Position numbers and translations under genes: made by a program
Shown here: positions 62,313-64,000 of the stretch, piece by piece
Position numbering within the stretch: the stretch's first letter is position 1
How the letters are laid out: every line of letters begins with the position of its first letter
NCBI GenBank assembly: GCA_965207735.1
Contig: OZ242296.1
Coordinates: 864,001-928,000 of the forward strand
Direction of reading: 5' to 3'
DNA length: 64,000 nucleotides
DNA from: Candidatus Versatilivorator sp.
Lineage (GTDB): Bacteria > Acidobacteriota > Terriglobia > Versatilivoradales > Versatilivoraceae
The notes under the pieces: generated by a model
What the model was told of the DNA's origin: nothing
The model's input: only the letters and a program-made list of their open reading frames with translations
The model's database searches: none

Positions 62313-63155
62313 ATGGACTCCTTGCTCGCCGTCAAAATCGTTGCAGCTCTATTGATCCTTGCGGTCGGCATTGCCGGTGGCATCATCCCAGTGCTGGCAG
62401 CTCGTCAACATGGAAGCCACAGATTCCTGTCTCTTGGCAACTCCCTGGCGGGCGGCATCTTTCTCGGTGTCGGGTTCATCCATCTGCTGCCGGAAGCGAG
62501 TGAGGCATTCGAGGAAACTTTCGAGTATCCGCTGGCACCGCTGCTGGCGGCAGTGGGCGTCGGACTGCTGCTGCTGATAGACCGGGTTCTGTTCGAAGCA
62601 TACACGCGACCCGGTCAGAACAAGGGAACGCGTCAGCCGATCTATCCCCTGGTTCTTCTCGTAGTTCTTTCGATCCACTCCATTATCGCAGGCACTGCCC
62701 TCGGCCTGGAGGCCGAAGTAGCCACATCGGTGCTCGTTATGCTGGGCATCCTGTTCCACAAGGGTTCGGCTGCCTTCGCCCTGATGGTCAGCGCACACAC
62801 TTCCGGCGCCGACAGGAGAAGTCTCCAGACGGTCTTGACGATTTTCGTGGTGATGACGCCATTGGGGATCGTGCTTGGGACAGTGGCCTCGAACCTTCTC
62901 GCAGGCCAGGCCGCATTGCTTATTGAAGGTGCTTTCAACGCTTTGGCGGCGGGTACGTTCATCTATATCGCGATTCTGGATGTCATCAATGCAGAAATGT
63001 CCAGGATCGACGATCGTGTCGCGCGTTTCATACGCAGCACTCTGGCCGGGACGGATGATGTCCCAATGCCGACGAAGGACACTGACCGCATCTTCAAATT
63101 TGTTCTGGTGCTTGTCGGCCTTGCCGGTATGGCGGTTCTGGGAATATGGGTGTAG
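62313..63155 (+). CDS. ZIP family metal transporter
   Basis: GGIFLGVGFIHLLPEA, LSIHS, FHK, AAGTFIYIA; about 8 TM segments. Confidence 0.88.
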   Translation: MDSLLAVKIVAALLILAVGIAGGIIPVLAARQHGSHRFLSLGNSLAGGIFLGVGFIHLLPEASEAFEETFEYPLAPLLAAVGVGLLLLIDRVLFEAYTRPGQNKGTRQPIYPLVLLVVLSIHSIIAGTALGLEAEVATSVLVMLGILFHKGSAAFALMVSAHTSGADRRSLQTVLTIFVVMTPLGIVLGTVASNLLAGQAALLIEGAFNALAAGTFIYIAILDVINAEMSRIDDRVARFIRSTLAGTDDVPMPTKDTDRIFKFVLVLVGLAGMAVLGIWV

Positions 63156-63243
63156 CCGGCTCCCAATTGGGCTGAGCGCTTCGGTAAGGTCGCCCCGGAG
63201 CCTCCGCTTATTCCCCGCCTGCGCCGGATCCCGGCTGAAATTC

Positions 63244-64000
63244 TCAAAAGAATCGCATGGTATAGGTCAAGCGCACACCCCGGCCAATCTCGGGGGCCAG
63301 GTCCTTGATGAATGAGGAATGGTTGCGGTAGAGCCGGTCGCTCAGATTGAAGACCCTGACCGAGAACTGATGAGCCAGGTGCTGCTGGGCGAAGGTGTAA
63401 GAGGCCTTCAGGTTCATCACGGCGTATCCGGGCGTGCGGGTCTCGCCGGTAAAGGTCTGGTGCTGCTGTGCGGCTACAATCAACTCTGGAGAGACCCGGA
63501 AGCCCAGGTGGTTGAAGTCGAACCCCAGCTTGCCCCGAAGCGGAGGAATTCTTGGTAGCGGTGTATTGAGGTCGGTCTCCTGGGCGTCCACGTAGTCGGT
63601 GCCGAGGTTGAGCCAGAGCTTGGGATTCAGGTTGATCCCGAGGTTGGCTTCGGTTCCCAGGAAGCGGGCATTGAGCTGAGTGAATTCAATCACCGGCAAC
63701 CCATCCTCGACTATTCCGGGAGCAAAGGGAAAGATGAAGTTGTCGAAGTTGTAGTAGAAAAGGTTGAGTTCTCCTCTCAGCTTCGGACTGTTGTGGCGCA
63801 GGGACATTTCGATGCCGTCGCCCGTTTCGGGGCGAAGGGCCGGGTCGCCTATCTCGAAAGACAGCGTCCCGGCATGGGGACCGTAGTTGTAGAGTTCCTC
63901 CAGGGACGGAGCCCGAAAGGAGTGGGAGTAGTTGATGACCAGGGCTCCTCCGCTCCAGGTGTCCACCTGCAGGCCGGCTGACGCCGATGCTCCGGTAAAG
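63244..64000 (-). CDS. TonB-dependent receptor, C-terminal part (truncated by the window edge)
   Basis: FRAPSLEELY, VFNLSDRLY, GRGVRL, terminal Phe. Confidence 0.92.
   Translation of the reverse strand, partial: FTGASASAGLQVDTWSGGALVINYSHSFRAPSLEELYNYGPHAGTLSFEIGDPALRPETGDGIEMSLRHNSPKLRGELNLFYYNFDNFIFPFAPGIVEDGLPVIEFTQLNARFLGTEANLGINLNPKLWLNLGTDYVDAQETDLNTPLPRIPPLRGKLGFDFNHLGFRVSPELIVAAQQHQTFTGETRTPGYAVMNLKASYTFAQQHLAHQFSVRVFNLSDRLYRNHSSFIKDLAPEIGRGVRLTYTMRFF

Overview
A high-GC bacterial chromosomal segment; gene content and order (hrcA-grpE-dnaJ-prmA-rsmE without dnaK, a MacAB-type ABC cluster, glycine-zipper secreted proteins) suggest an Acidobacteriota genome (inference). It is mostly housekeeping: smpB, cnoX, lutABC plus a distant lactate permease, a reduced complex I cluster (nuoABCDHIJKN with no nuoEFG and no nuoLM), degP, heat-shock genes, leuCD and ilvC-[TIGR00300/ornithine cyclodeaminase-like]-leuA-leuB, moeA-moaC, an M16 protease, queC, a WcaJ-type transferase, gltX, tpx, acs, a ZIP transporter and a partial TonB-dependent receptor. 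Reading beyond the ORF track shows four hidden features: (i) a selenocysteine-containing SelD (in-frame UGA plus a SECIS-like hairpin); (ii) a lower-GC HEPN-motif gene flanked by degenerate attC-like sequences and interrupted by one in-frame TAG; (iii) an XRE antitoxin whose toxin survives only as a 24-codon internal-deletion relic; (iv) a 32-aa hydrophobic small ORF upstream of the lactate permease. The intergenic regions also carry several non-autonomous repeat families, including two inverted-repeat-bounded elements that hold decayed GxxExxY gene fragments. No rRNA, tRNA, CRISPR array, integrase or transposase was seen. All family calls come from motif recognition by eye, not from database searches.
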